Numbered from the stretch's first letter, positions 9,985 to 19,532 are shown. The stretch is 64,000 nt of DNA from an uncultured bacterium (GCA_965112635.1 OZ218778.1:1696001-1760000); one strand, 5' to 3'. A program made the numbers and translations. The notes: a model not told the origin generated them from the sequence alone.

Positions 9985-10937
9985 AAGTTGTGGTCATCGG
10001 CGCGACGGGGCATGTGGGCACCTACCTTGTCCCTAGGCTGGTCGAGGCCGGACATGTCACGGTCAGCGTGAGCCGGTGTCAAAGGCAGCCCTACCTGGAC
10101 CATTCAGCCTGGTCAAAGGTCCAGAAAATAGTTCTGGACCGCAATGGCAAGGATAGCGAAAAATTCGGCCGGGCCATCGCCGACCTCAAGCCCGAGGTGG
10201 TCGTGGACATGCTATGCTACAGGCCTGAGCAGGCCGAACAGATGGTGGATTGCCTCAAAGGCAGGGTCAGCCAGTACCTATGCTGCGGCACCATTTGGGT
10301 ATATGGCCGGAGCACGACCGTTCCCACCACGGAAGACAGGCTCAGAGTGCCTCTAGGAGACTATGGTATTCAAAAGGCGTCTCTGGAAACTTTTCTTCTC
10401 AAACAAGTCAAAGAAAACCATTTCCCGGCTGCCTTGTTCCATCCTGGCCATATTGTGGGTCAAGGATGGACTCCCCTGAACCCCGTCGGGCATTTCAACC
10501 CCCAAGTATTTGTAAAGATTAGTAGAGGGGAAGAGCTTGTTTTACCCAATCTGGGTATGGAGACCGTGCATCACATCCACGCTGACGACATCGCCTCTGC
10601 CATCGTCCAGATGATGGGCAACTGGGACCGCTGCGTTGGTGAGAGTTTTAACATCGTTTCTCCCCAGGCCCTGACCCTTAGAGGTTTTAGCGAAGGGATG
10701 TTTGAGTGGTTTGGTCAAAAGCCCAATTTGAAATTCCTTCCTTTTGAGGAGTGGCAAAAAACCGTGTCCAGTGAAGAAGCCCAAGACACCCTAGAGCATA
10801 TATCCCACAGCCCATGTTGCAGCATAGAAAAGGCATCCCGGCGATTTAACTACAAGCCCAAATACTCCTCCATGCAGGCCGTAGGTGAGTCTGTGGAATG
10901 GCTGATCCAAAACAAAGTTATCAAGGTCGGGAGATGA
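9981..10937 (+). CDS. NAD-dependent epimerase/dehydratase (extended SDR)
   Basis: GATGHVG Rossmann motif, YxxxK (YGIQK). Confidence 0.85.
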   Translation: MKVVVIGATGHVGTYLVPRLVEAGHVTVSVSRCQRQPYLDHSAWSKVQKIVLDRNGKDSEKFGRAIADLKPEVVVDMLCYRPEQAEQMVDCLKGRVSQYLCCGTIWVYGRSTTVPTTEDRLRVPLGDYGIQKASLETFLLKQVKENHFPAALFHPGHIVGQGWTPLNPVGHFNPQVFVKISRGEELVLPNLGMETVHHIHADDIASAIVQMMGNWDRCVGESFNIVSPQALTLRGFSEGMFEWFGQKPNLKFLPFEEWQKTVSSEEAQDTLEHISHSPCCSIEKASRRFNYKPKYSSMQAVGESVEWLIQNKVIKVGR

Positions 10938-10941
10938 CCAA

Positions 10942-11667
10942 ATGGTAGAGAAGAGGAATGCCTGCAAAAAAATCAGCCAGAAAACCTGTCCTCAGGTGGA
11001 CGCCAAATTGCTGCTTGCTTCCGAGTTTTTTCAGGGGTTATCCGCTTCACTTTTAAAACATATCCTGTCCATCACCATCAGAAGAGAGGTCAAGGCCGGC
11101 GAAGAGATATTCAGCGACGGCGACCCCTGCCTGGCCATGTATCTATTGCTGCGGGGCGGGGTCAAGATCACGAAGTATTCGGAAAAAGGAAGGGAACAGA
11201 TAATCCGACAGGTAAACCCTGGGGAGGTCTTCGGCGAAGCGCCATTGTTTTTCAAGAAAAGTATTTATAGAGCAACGGCCGTAGCCCAGAAACCAGGCTG
11301 CGTCCTTTCCATCCCCAAAGCCGGACTCGTTGAGCTGATCAAACTTTACCCGGAATTTTCTTTGAACATCATCATCGCCATCTCCGAACATGTCCGGGAG
11401 CATGTGGAAATGATGGAGAGCATATCCTTCAAGCCGGTGATCCGGCGGCTGGCTACACATGTGCTGGAACTAGCGGCCAAACAGGGAGGCCCCTATCCCG
11501 GCCAGGTCTTGAAATTGGGACAGACCCAAGTTGAACTGTCAGCCCAACTGGGTACGGTGCGTGAAGTGGCCTGGCGGGCTTTGCATCAATTCGAAAAAAT
11601 GGGCGCCATACAGGTGCATGGCCAGAAGCTAAAACTCAAAGATCCTGATAAATTAAGGAATTTCTAG
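10942..11667 (+). CDS. Crp/Fnr-family transcriptional regulator
   Basis: Cyclic-nucleotide-binding-like barrel (G.VKI....GREQII...PGEVFGE) and HTH TQVELSAQLGTVREVAWR. Confidence 0.92.
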   Translation: MVEKRNACKKISQKTCPQVDAKLLLASEFFQGLSASLLKHILSITIRREVKAGEEIFSDGDPCLAMYLLLRGGVKITKYSEKGREQIIRQVNPGEVFGEAPLFFKKSIYRATAVAQKPGCVLSIPKAGLVELIKLYPEFSLNIIIAISEHVREHVEMMESISFKPVIRRLATHVLELAAKQGGPYPGQVLKLGQTQVELSAQLGTVREVAWRALHQFEKMGAIQVHGQKLKLKDPDKLRNF

Positions 11668-11752
11668 CTTACTGCATATTACTAAGCCTTTTAACTCCTT
11701 CCCCAAAACTTGTCAAATATATAGTCCAAACCCATTAGAAAATAGTTAGGAA

Positions 11753-11795
11753 AGAGACTTAAGTCACATCTTAAAACCTACGGCTTCCCTATAAT
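11753..11795 (+). promoter_or_regulatory. CRP/FNR-type site with class II promoter geometry
   Basis: AGAGA-CTTAAG-TCACA (11753-11768; CRP consensus TGTGA-N6-TCACA) centred 29.5 bp upstream of the first T of TATAAT (11790-11795), i.e. at -41.5. Confidence 0.65.
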
Positions 11796-11847
11796 TAAAT
11801 CAGGAGAGGGTTTGAATAGGGTTTGTTGATCCATGGGGGTGAGGCAA

Positions 11848-12585
11848 ATGGCCAGAAATTTTGGGAATAAAAAAACCGGAATTACTATAGGGTTATTATA
11901 TCTTCTCATGACTGCGCTCACTTGGGGCAGCCTGCCTGTCGCAGGGCAGAACTCTCTCACCCCTACTGCACGAGAACCGTTTTTTGTCCTTGATCCCCAG
12001 AGCAAGATGTGGCTGGACGGCAACTCCACCCTGCATGCTTTTACCATCAAGGCAACCAAAATGGAGTTAGCAGTGGAGTTGCGGGTCATAGCTCAGCCCA
12101 AGGGACCGGACAGCGTCAAGGCACTCCTTAGTCAATTGATACAAAATAAAGGATTGGATAAATTCGAATTTGTGGTACCCGTGGAGGGATTGAAATCCGG
12201 GGAAGGCGATATGGACAACAATATGTACAGCGCCCTCAAAGAAAAGGATAACCCGCAGATCACATTCCTGTTAACCGATTATGAGATATTGTCCCAACCA
12301 TCCCAGGAGGGAAGGTATTCCATTAAAGCCAAAGGGCAGCTGACCATTGCCGGAAAAGAAAAAGATGTTGAAATGAACCTTAATGCCCAGGTACTAGACA
12401 CCGGACTGCATATCCAGGGCAAGAAGGAGATACTCCAGACCGATTTCGGAGTCCAGCCGGTGGTGATGTTTTTCGTGATCAGCGTGGATAATAAGATTGC
12501 GGTCAATTTTGACCTGACCCTTGATTTTGACAAGACAAAACTAGCCAAAGTAATAGAAACCAATCTCGGGAAGGAGGAAAAATGA
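11848..12585 (+). CDS. Secreted YceI-family (polyisoprenoid-binding) protein
   Basis: Signal peptide; G.STLH.F, LKSG...MD.NMY.ALK....P.I.F, GQLTIAG, TDFGVQP; start 11848 preferred (GAGG SD), ORF track starts 11833. Confidence 0.85.
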   Translation: MARNFGNKKTGITIGLLYLLMTALTWGSLPVAGQNSLTPTAREPFFVLDPQSKMWLDGNSTLHAFTIKATKMELAVELRVIAQPKGPDSVKALLSQLIQNKGLDKFEFVVPVEGLKSGEGDMDNNMYSALKEKDNPQITFLLTDYEILSQPSQEGRYSIKAKGQLTIAGKEKDVEMNLNAQVLDTGLHIQGKKEILQTDFGVQPVVMFFVISVDNKIAVNFDLTLDFDKTKLAKVIETNLGKEEK

Positions 12586-13997
12586 AATTTCTAAAGAGAT
12601 TATTTTTAGCAGCCGTGCTGATGCTGAGTTTCCGCCCATACAGTTTCGGTGCTGAGGTGGTAAGGAATGAAGACCTGGCCCTAAATATAGGGGGGAGATT
12701 CCAGGAAATGGGTGAGTTGGAGGAAGTGACCGACGATCCCATCAGGGATCAGTGGAGAGTTTATTTATTTAATGTGGAAGACCGTTTATTCGTCAATGGG
12801 AATTATAAAGGCACGCAATTTTATTTTGAGGAGGCCCTGGGGGGAGAGGCATTGAACAGTTCCAACAACCAGATCAATTTGCTCGAGTTTGCCGCCCAGG
12901 TTCCCATCGTGGAGGGATTATCCGTCATGACGGGACAATTTAAGTTACCCGTCAATTTGGAGAGCGCGGACTATGACGGGGATATGCTTTTTACGGAAAA
13001 ATCAGAGTTGATGGAATTGTTCTTCAACGCGGGCTATGACACGGGTCTGGCCTTGGTGGGCCAATACGGCAACTTGGACGCCATCCTGGGGACGGTCGAC
13101 GGTTCACCAAATCTGCCGCAACGCTATCTGCCGGAATATTTCAACTTCCCGCCTATGCTTATCGGACGATTGGGATACACTAGCGGGATCAAGGATGACC
13201 CTTTTCATCCCAAACAGGAAGGGTTTGACAAGCTAGATAATATCCAGTTTGGCGTGCACCTAAACGGGATCTATGTCAATGACAGCAACGCCGGGCACTC
13301 CACAGACACATCCCTTCAGAACAGCTATTTCACCACTGCCAGCGCCCTTTCCTATTACGGCAACGCCCTGCTTTCCACCGCGTGGAACCCTTTTCTCGGC
13401 AAGACCGCACAAAATTACGGACGGGTGAATGCCCAATACTGGTATTCCAGCGTGGATGCCCAGTTCAGGGCCCCAGTAGGCAGTACCACTTTCACGCTAC
13501 AAGCCCAGTGGAACGCGGCCCAATTCCAGGCCTCCAACTTTCAACCATTCACCCTGAACGGCCAGACGGTCACTAACGGCGCTTTGAACATCAACGGCGG
13601 TGAGGTCCAGGCTTCGCTGGGTGACAATCCCCTGGAAATCGCAGGGCGATTTGCCATGGTCATCCCGGACGCCGGATTTGCCTACACGGTTGCGAATACC
13701 TACACTTCCGGGCCGAACAAGGGCAGCGTTATCCCGAATTCGTATGCAAGCTACCCCATCACCGGCAGCGACCAGATCTACGAGTGGACCGGAGCGATCA
13801 CTCTGCATGTAAACAAGAATACCAAGATTGTCAGTGAGATCATGGGCCTTTACAATACTCCTGAGTCCCTCGGCAACGATGGAACATATGTGATCGCGGA
13901 AATGCCGACCCAGGTCACCAATGCCTCGTCCACGTCTCCAATCTCTCGTGCTGCGTTCGTGTCGGTGGGACGGATGTTATTCCAATATTCTTTTTGA
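12582..13997 (+). CDS. Outer-membrane beta-barrel/porin (OprO/P-like)
   Basis: Signal peptide, GGRFQ, GQFKLP motif, amphipathic strands, C-terminal LFQYSF. Confidence 0.7.
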   Translation: MKFLKRLFLAAVLMLSFRPYSFGAEVVRNEDLALNIGGRFQEMGELEEVTDDPIRDQWRVYLFNVEDRLFVNGNYKGTQFYFEEALGGEALNSSNNQINLLEFAAQVPIVEGLSVMTGQFKLPVNLESADYDGDMLFTEKSELMELFFNAGYDTGLALVGQYGNLDAILGTVDGSPNLPQRYLPEYFNFPPMLIGRLGYTSGIKDDPFHPKQEGFDKLDNIQFGVHLNGIYVNDSNAGHSTDTSLQNSYFTTASALSYYGNALLSTAWNPFLGKTAQNYGRVNAQYWYSSVDAQFRAPVGSTTFTLQAQWNAAQFQASNFQPFTLNGQTVTNGALNINGGEVQASLGDNPLEIAGRFAMVIPDAGFAYTVANTYTSGPNKGSVIPNSYASYPITGSDQIYEWTGAITLHVNKNTKIVSEIMGLYNTPESLGNDGTYVIAEMPTQVTNASSTSPISRAAFVSVGRMLFQYSF

Positions 13998-14043
13998 AAC
14001 AGAGTTGGAAAATATAGTGAGTTTGGCCCTTTAGGAGCAGGTC

Positions 14044-14682
14044 ATGAAGAAGATTAGAAGAAAGCATAAAATATCCCAGATAATGTTGCTGGCGGTTTTG
14101 GTCGTCGGTGCTGGCTTGGTCTTCCTAAGCCCTGCGTGGGCCGAGGAGGCCAAAACCTCATTTCAGGAGGAGAACGGTTTTTTTGTCCTGAAAGGATGGT
14201 TTCATACTTCTGCGCCGGCCAAGATCGTCTGGGATGTCCTGACCGATTACGACCATATCCAGGATTTTGTATCGTCCATGAAGAGCAGCCGGGTCATCAC
14301 GCATCAAGATAATGACCTTGTGGTAGACCAGAGGGCGGCTAGCAATTTTATGATGTTCTCTTTTGACGTCAATGTCCTCTTGCGGATTAAAGAAATGCCC
14401 TATGAAAAAATAGAATTCGTTGATAATGAGAAGAAAAATTTTAAGTATTATGAGGGTTTCTGGGGCATTGGGCAGGATCCTGAGGGTAAGGGCTGTTTAG
14501 TATCCTATAATTTAAAAGTTACCCCGAACTTTTATCTTCCTGGGTTTATCGCTGCAGGCATTTTCAAGGACAATGCATCGGCCATGCTGGGGGCTGTGAA
14601 GAAGGAAATTGAAACCAGGGAACAAAAGCAATATATCATAGGATCTAACGCAGGCCTCCAAAAATCACTGGCCTCTAATTGA
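14044..14682 (+). CDS. Secreted SRPBCC/START (Coq10/polyketide cyclase-like) protein
   Basis: Signal peptide (AWA/EE); VWDVLTDYDH...F...M..S, FK.YEG.W. Confidence 0.82.
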   Translation: MKKIRRKHKISQIMLLAVLVVGAGLVFLSPAWAEEAKTSFQEENGFFVLKGWFHTSAPAKIVWDVLTDYDHIQDFVSSMKSSRVITHQDNDLVVDQRAASNFMMFSFDVNVLLRIKEMPYEKIEFVDNEKKNFKYYEGFWGIGQDPEGKGCLVSYNLKVTPNFYLPGFIAAGIFKDNASAMLGAVKKEIETREQKQYIIGSNAGLQKSLASN

Positions 14683-14777
14683 CAACTGTTTGAGCATGCC
14701 TAGGAAAAGCCTTCCTGGAGGAAGTAAATAAACTAAGCCAAATAAAAATTGTTATACTTAGGGCGGAGGCATGTTCT

Positions 14778-15767
14778 ATGGAAATTCCTAAAATACTAGA
14801 AAGCCTTAAGGAGGATCTGAAGGTAGTAGAGGACCGAATGCTGGGGTCGTTCAGGTCGACACTCCCCTTTGTTAACGATATCAGCCTGCGGGCCGCCTTG
14901 GCTGGCGGCAAGCGCATCAGGCCGGCGATCCTGATCCTATCAAGCCAGGCCGTGACTGGATCTGTCGGGGCGTTAGACCTGGAAAACATTTATTGGCTGG
15001 CGGCTTCCGTAGAAATGATCCATTTAGCCAGCCTTGTCCACGACGATGTGGTAGACCATTCAGAGGTTCGACGGGGTGACCGGACGATTAACAGCCTGTG
15101 GGGAAACTCCATCTCGGTACTTCTTGGGGATAGCCTTTATGCCCGGGCATCCAGCCTGGTGAACCAATATGGTAATAAGGATATTCTGGATATCATTGCT
15201 TCCACGACCTCGACGATGTGCGAAGGCGAGATCAAAGAGATACGCAACCGGTTCAACCTGTCTCTCCAGGAAGAGGACTATCTGGATGTCCTGAGGATGA
15301 AAACAGCGGTTTTCACCGCGGCCTGCTGCGAGGTAGGGGCCAAATTTAGAGTTGCGGATGCTGGGGAAGTAAAAGCATTGCATGATTACGGGGAAGCCTT
15401 TGGCATGGTATTCCAAATAGTCGATGATATGTTCGATCTGTTTTCATCCATTGAAACAGTAGGAAAACCCGTGGGCTTGGATACCCATGACGGTTTCCTA
15501 ACTCTTCCGCTCATCCATACTTTAAAGACTTGCAGTCAGGGGGAGCGGGACCAGATCAATAAGATCCTGCGGAGCCAACCCAATGGACATGACCCCAAGG
15601 CAACCCTGAAAAACCTGGTCACACGTTATGGCGGAAGGGATTATGCGCATGAAAAAGCCAAGTATTATGTTGCCCACGCAGAAATGTGTTTGGAATCCCT
15701 AAAACCATCCCCAGCTAAGGATAAACTGAAAGAACTCGCCCTTTTTGCCTTGGAAAGAAAGTATTAA
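14778..15767 (+). CDS. Long-chain polyprenyl diphosphate synthase (IspB/HepT-like)
   Basis: GGKRIRP, FARM HDDVVD...RRG, SARM FQIVDD..D, GK..G.D. Confidence 0.92.
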   Translation: MEIPKILESLKEDLKVVEDRMLGSFRSTLPFVNDISLRAALAGGKRIRPAILILSSQAVTGSVGALDLENIYWLAASVEMIHLASLVHDDVVDHSEVRRGDRTINSLWGNSISVLLGDSLYARASSLVNQYGNKDILDIIASTTSTMCEGEIKEIRNRFNLSLQEEDYLDVLRMKTAVFTAACCEVGAKFRVADAGEVKALHDYGEAFGMVFQIVDDMFDLFSSIETVGKPVGLDTHDGFLTLPLIHTLKTCSQGERDQINKILRSQPNGHDPKATLKNLVTRYGGRDYAHEKAKYYVAHAEMCLESLKPSPAKDKLKELALFALERKY

Positions 15768-15831
15768 ACAAATTTACGCTGGGTCTTTAATCCCGAGATT
15801 TTACGCTTGCCATGGTCAAAGAAAAGGGGAT

Positions 15832-16701
15832 CTATCCCAGGCATTCGGAAAGATAAGAAAGGAGTATAGAGCCGGAATGACGATAGCAAGGGACTGTTTC
15901 CCTATCTCGATAATCCACAAAAACTTTCTCCACCCTGGCTTTACTGTTTTTTAAAGGCAGGTTGCCCTGGCCGTAAATGACCAGCATTTTTTGGGCTGCC
16001 GGAATCCGGAATGATGATAATGCTTGGCCCTCCTGATTGTGCAGGCCGCAGACTAGAATGACCTCGTAATCCTCCCATTGTAACTTGTCCGCAGTCAGGA
16101 TTTCCAGCGGGTTTTTATGGATACGGGCGGCTTTTCTGGCAGGACCAAAATATTTTTTGTCCTTGGTGAACCAAACTTTAAATGGATCATTCAAATAGAT
16201 CCTGAGCCACCCAAAAGCATAGGCGCTGCGCAGCAGGGAACCCAGCTCGTGGGGATTGCTGGGCCGGTGGATTAAGACATCGGTTTGAGCCTGAGCTGTG
16301 CTCGGTTTTTTGATCCTTTGCCCGGAGAAATTTTTATCCAACACATATAATCCCACAGCTGCCGCTACCCCGACATTGAGAGAACCCAATTTAAAATTTT
16401 TCATAGGAATGGTCACCGTTTCATCAACCTGTTCAAGATCCTTTAAACCAATGCCCCTTTTTTCATTGCCCAGAACCAAAGCTGTCCTGCCAGGGAGAAG
16501 GGGAACTTGATAAATGTCCTTGCTTTTTCTGCCGGTTTCACAGGCAAGGATAACCCGATAATCTTTGCGGAGCGAGGCCAGCGAGCCCTTGGGGAGATAG
16601 CACAGTTCGGCCTGGGAAAGGGACGCGGCGTTGGATAAAAGGGGTTTGTTCCAATTACCTTCGATTTGGAGGCCCAAAAGGGTTAGGTTAGGTTTGATCA
16701 T
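15832..16701 (-). CDS. TrmH/SpoU-family (SPOUT) RNA methyltransferase-like protein with two SPOUT-like halves
   Basis: VLGNEKRG and IPM....SLNVGVAAAV in the N-half; NPHELGSLLRSAYAFG in the C-half; start at MIKPN (16701) preferred. Confidence 0.7.
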   Translation of the reverse strand: MIKPNLTLLGLQIEGNWNKPLLSNAASLSQAELCYLPKGSLASLRKDYRVILACETGRKSKDIYQVPLLPGRTALVLGNEKRGIGLKDLEQVDETVTIPMKNFKLGSLNVGVAAAVGLYVLDKNFSGQRIKKPSTAQAQTDVLIHRPSNPHELGSLLRSAYAFGWLRIYLNDPFKVWFTKDKKYFGPARKAARIHKNPLEILTADKLQWEDYEVILVCGLHNQEGQALSSFRIPAAQKMLVIYGQGNLPLKNSKARVEKVFVDYRDRETVPCYRHSGSILLSYLSECLG

Positions 16702-16714
16702 GCTTTGGATGGAA

Positions 16715-18814
16715 TTATCCGAACACACGAACAGGTAGGATGGACATAGACAAGCCCTCCCACTGCAGGCGATTCTGGATGGCTGTGGCGGTCTCGTTGT
16801 GCATCAGGTGAGCATACCAGCGTTCCTGCTGGAAAATGAGTTTGCCGCCGAACACAACGACACGGGGAAAACGTTTAGCCACACGCAGGCACAACTTGGT
16901 CGCTGACTCAACCACGTCGGTGCCGATTTCCATCTCGTAATCTGCAGGAATACCCATACGCAAAGCCAGGTCTTTGTATTTTTTTAGGTCCTCAATGACT
17001 TGGACCTCCAGGGCTTTGAGCGAGTCTGTACCCTTAAAATTGCCTGAATTAACCATTCCTACGGAAACGAACACGACATTTTTAAAGTATCCTGGGTAAA
17101 GCATATGGAAAATTGAAAACAGGGAGTGCACACCCACGCTTCCGAATTCCTGCACCAGCAAGATGGCAGTCGGCTCGTTAAGGCTGAGCCTCTTGGTGGT
17201 CGGTTTGCCGTTGACCGGCAGGTTCTTGAGCTGTTCGTCAAGCCGTCGAATTTTGCCACTCACCGTCCGGTAATAGTGCTTGATCCAGAGGCAAAGCAAG
17301 ATGAGGCAGATGGTGACAGCTATGGTCATCCAGCCGCCGATGGCGAATTTTTCAAAGATCATAACCAGTAGGATGGATACGCAAAGGATGAAGCCCATCA
17401 GGGGGATAAAAGTCTTCTGGAGCCAGTTCCTATTTTTAGCCCTTCCATCCCAATACATTTTGATCAGGGAAAGCTGGGACAAGGAAAAGGTAATAAACAC
17501 GTTGATGCTGTACATGATGACCAGTAAATCTACATTGGCCTTGGTAAAGAGAACGAGAAAAATGGAGCCGGCCCCAAACAGAAACACGCCGTTGCGGATG
17601 GTAAACCTTTCGGACAGGGCGCTGAACCTTTTGGGAAACCACGAGTCAATAGCCATGTTGGCCATAACGCGGGGGCCATCGATAAACCCGGTTTGGGCGG
17701 CGAACATCAGGAGGCCCGCTTCGGACAATAAGGTAAGGATGATAAGGGTAAATTGCAGCCAGTCCGGGCCGAAGAAATCCATCTTAAAAACTTTATAAGC
17801 AAGAACGGCGTTCAAGGTCTGGTTGGGGTCGGGGATTATCTTGACGACCAGATAGGAAAGGAACAGGCCGGCAGAAGCGATGCAGAGGGATGCGGCCATG
17901 TATAACATGGTTCGTTTGCCCGACTCGATCTGGGGTTCACGCAAGATACCCATTCCGTTGGAAACCGCCTCGAGGCCGGTGTAGGTTCCGGCACCCATGG
18001 AATAAGCTTTTAAAAACACGAACAAGAGCGCGGCGAAGCCAAAGGTCTGGTAACCCTGGCCGCAGCCGGAGACGATTGAACCGGTCACCTCTGAAAGGTC
18101 GTTGCGGAACAGAAAAAACGAAGAGGCGATTAGGATGATGTGTGTGACGACAAAGATAAAGAACACAGGAAACATCGCCATGACGGATTCTTTGACCCCC
18201 CGCAAGTTCATAACGATCAAGAAACCGAGCAAGAGGATGTCGATCCATATCTTGAGAGGCTGGAAGGGAACGGGAATCATACTAAAGAGCAGGTTGCCTC
18301 CCACGGCTACGGACACGGTGATGGTCAGCATGTAGTCCACCATCAGGGCACAGCCGGAAACCAACCCGGCGTGGGGACCCAGCAGTTTCGAGGCAACCAC
18401 ATAACCTCCACCGCCATGCGGGAAGTTCTCGATGATCCTGCTGTAGGCAATGGAGATGATGATGATGGTCAACATTGTGGCTATGACCACTAGGGGGATG
18501 AGATAAGGATGCTGGAGCAGGGCTTTGAACGATTCCTCCGGTCCATAAGAAGAGGAGGAGATGCCATCCGCCCCCATGCCTACCCAGGCCAGAAGCGGTA
18601 TCAGGGCTACTTTATGGAATAAAGAGCGGTCCCAAAGGTTCTTGGGTGCACCAATCAAAAGGTATTTTAGCCCTCTTACCAAGGTGGTATATGGTGTTTT
18701 GTCCTTGGGTTGCTGGCCTATGGGGGGTTGGAGGTTTTGGATGACTTTATCCTGCTGTTTTTCCTCAAGGGTAGGGGACACCCTATGGTTATGATTCTTT
18801 ATTTTTTTTGCCAT
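16715..18814 (-). CDS. APC-superfamily transporter, KimA/YdaO-like (probable K+ transporter)
   Basis: ADGISSSSYGPEE, FPHGGGGY.VA, DY.LTITVS, TGLEAVSNG; ~12 TM plus cytoplasmic C-terminal domain. Confidence 0.82.
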   Translation of the reverse strand: MAKKIKNHNHRVSPTLEEKQQDKVIQNLQPPIGQQPKDKTPYTTLVRGLKYLLIGAPKNLWDRSLFHKVALIPLLAWVGMGADGISSSSYGPEESFKALLQHPYLIPLVVIATMLTIIIISIAYSRIIENFPHGGGGYVVASKLLGPHAGLVSGCALMVDYMLTITVSVAVGGNLLFSMIPVPFQPLKIWIDILLLGFLIVMNLRGVKESVMAMFPVFFIFVVTHIILIASSFFLFRNDLSEVTGSIVSGCGQGYQTFGFAALLFVFLKAYSMGAGTYTGLEAVSNGMGILREPQIESGKRTMLYMAASLCIASAGLFLSYLVVKIIPDPNQTLNAVLAYKVFKMDFFGPDWLQFTLIILTLLSEAGLLMFAAQTGFIDGPRVMANMAIDSWFPKRFSALSERFTIRNGVFLFGAGSIFLVLFTKANVDLLVIMYSINVFITFSLSQLSLIKMYWDGRAKNRNWLQKTFIPLMGFILCVSILLVMIFEKFAIGGWMTIAVTICLILLCLWIKHYYRTVSGKIRRLDEQLKNLPVNGKPTTKRLSLNEPTAILLVQEFGSVGVHSLFSIFHMLYPGYFKNVVFVSVGMVNSGNFKGTDSLKALEVQVIEDLKKYKDLALRMGIPADYEMEIGTDVVESATKLCLRVAKRFPRVVVFGGKLIFQQERWYAHLMHNETATAIQNRLQWEGLSMSILPVRVFG

Positions 18815-18842
18815 TTTTTAGGCCTTTTCCATCAATTAAGCT

Positions 18843-18899
18843 AAAAAAAGAAAAAGACCAAAGACTTTATTGTCTTTGGCCTTGAAACATGACAATAAA
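18843..18899 (-). promoter_or_regulatory. Putative attenuator: intrinsic terminator with competing helix in the transporter leader
   Basis: Minus strand AAGGCCAAAGAC-AATAAA-GTCTTTGGTCTT followed by a U-rich run; upstream TTTATTGTC is a perfect complement of GACAATAAA. Confidence 0.55.
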
Positions 18900-18926
18900 T
18901 CGAAAAAGGATTGAAATTATGTATAT

Positions 18927-18954
18927 ATTTTAATGTATCCCCATCCCTTGTCAA
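18927..18954 (-). promoter_or_regulatory. Sigma70-type promoter for the APC transporter
   Basis: TTGACA-N16-TAAAAT on the minus strand. Confidence 0.6.
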
Positions 18955-18974
18955 TGAGGGTTTAACCTGATATT

Positions 18975-19475
18975 TCAACCCAAAAACTCAAGGATTGTCT
19001 TTTTCAAACCGGGGAAGCGTTTTAAAAGTTCGGAAGAGTCGGCTATCTCCAGGTCCTGATACTCAAAACCCGGAGCCACAGTACAGCCTACTAGGGAGAA
19101 AGAGCCACCTGTTAAAGGCGACGCGGCGAGCCAGTTGCCTGCAGGAACTGCCTTTTGGAATTTTTGGCCTTTGGTGGCATTTGGGCCAAGGGTCGTTTGG
19201 GTGAGCTTGCCCTTAGGCGAGATCTGGGTCAGGGTCAGGGGTGCTCCGATGTAAAAATGCCAGACCTCGTCAGACAAAAGCCTGTGCCAACGGGAACAGC
19301 TTCCGCCAGGAAGCAAGTAAAGGATGCAGGTTGAGTAAGCCCGCTTCCCCTTATATTTACGGGGGAGGGCAGAGGATGGAATAGTTTTGCCTGATCTGTA
19401 GGTTTCCCTGAAATAGCCGCCCTCGGGGTGGGGTTTTAGATTCAGCAATTGAATAAGTTTTTTTACTTGGATCAT
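18975..19475 (-). CDS. Cupin DUF985 (YML079-like) protein
   Basis: L.LKPHPEGGYFRETYRS, WHRL.SDEVWHFY.G, LVGCTVAPGFEY.D; start at MIQVK (19475). Confidence 0.9.
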   Translation of the reverse strand: MIQVKKLIQLLNLKPHPEGGYFRETYRSGKTIPSSALPRKYKGKRAYSTCILYLLPGGSCSRWHRLLSDEVWHFYIGAPLTLTQISPKGKLTQTTLGPNATKGQKFQKAVPAGNWLAASPLTGGSFSLVGCTVAPGFEYQDLEIADSSELLKRFPGLKKTILEFLG

Positions 19476-19499
19476 TGAGCAACCTCGCTGATTAAAAGA

Positions 19500-19532
19500 A
19501 AAAGCCGCAGGTTGTTTCAACCTGCGGCTTTT
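19500..19532 (-). terminator. Intrinsic terminator (potentially bidirectional)
   Basis: AAAAGCCGCAGGTTG-TTT-CAACCTGCGGCTTTT, perfect 15-bp inverted repeat just after the 19557 stop. Confidence 0.85.
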
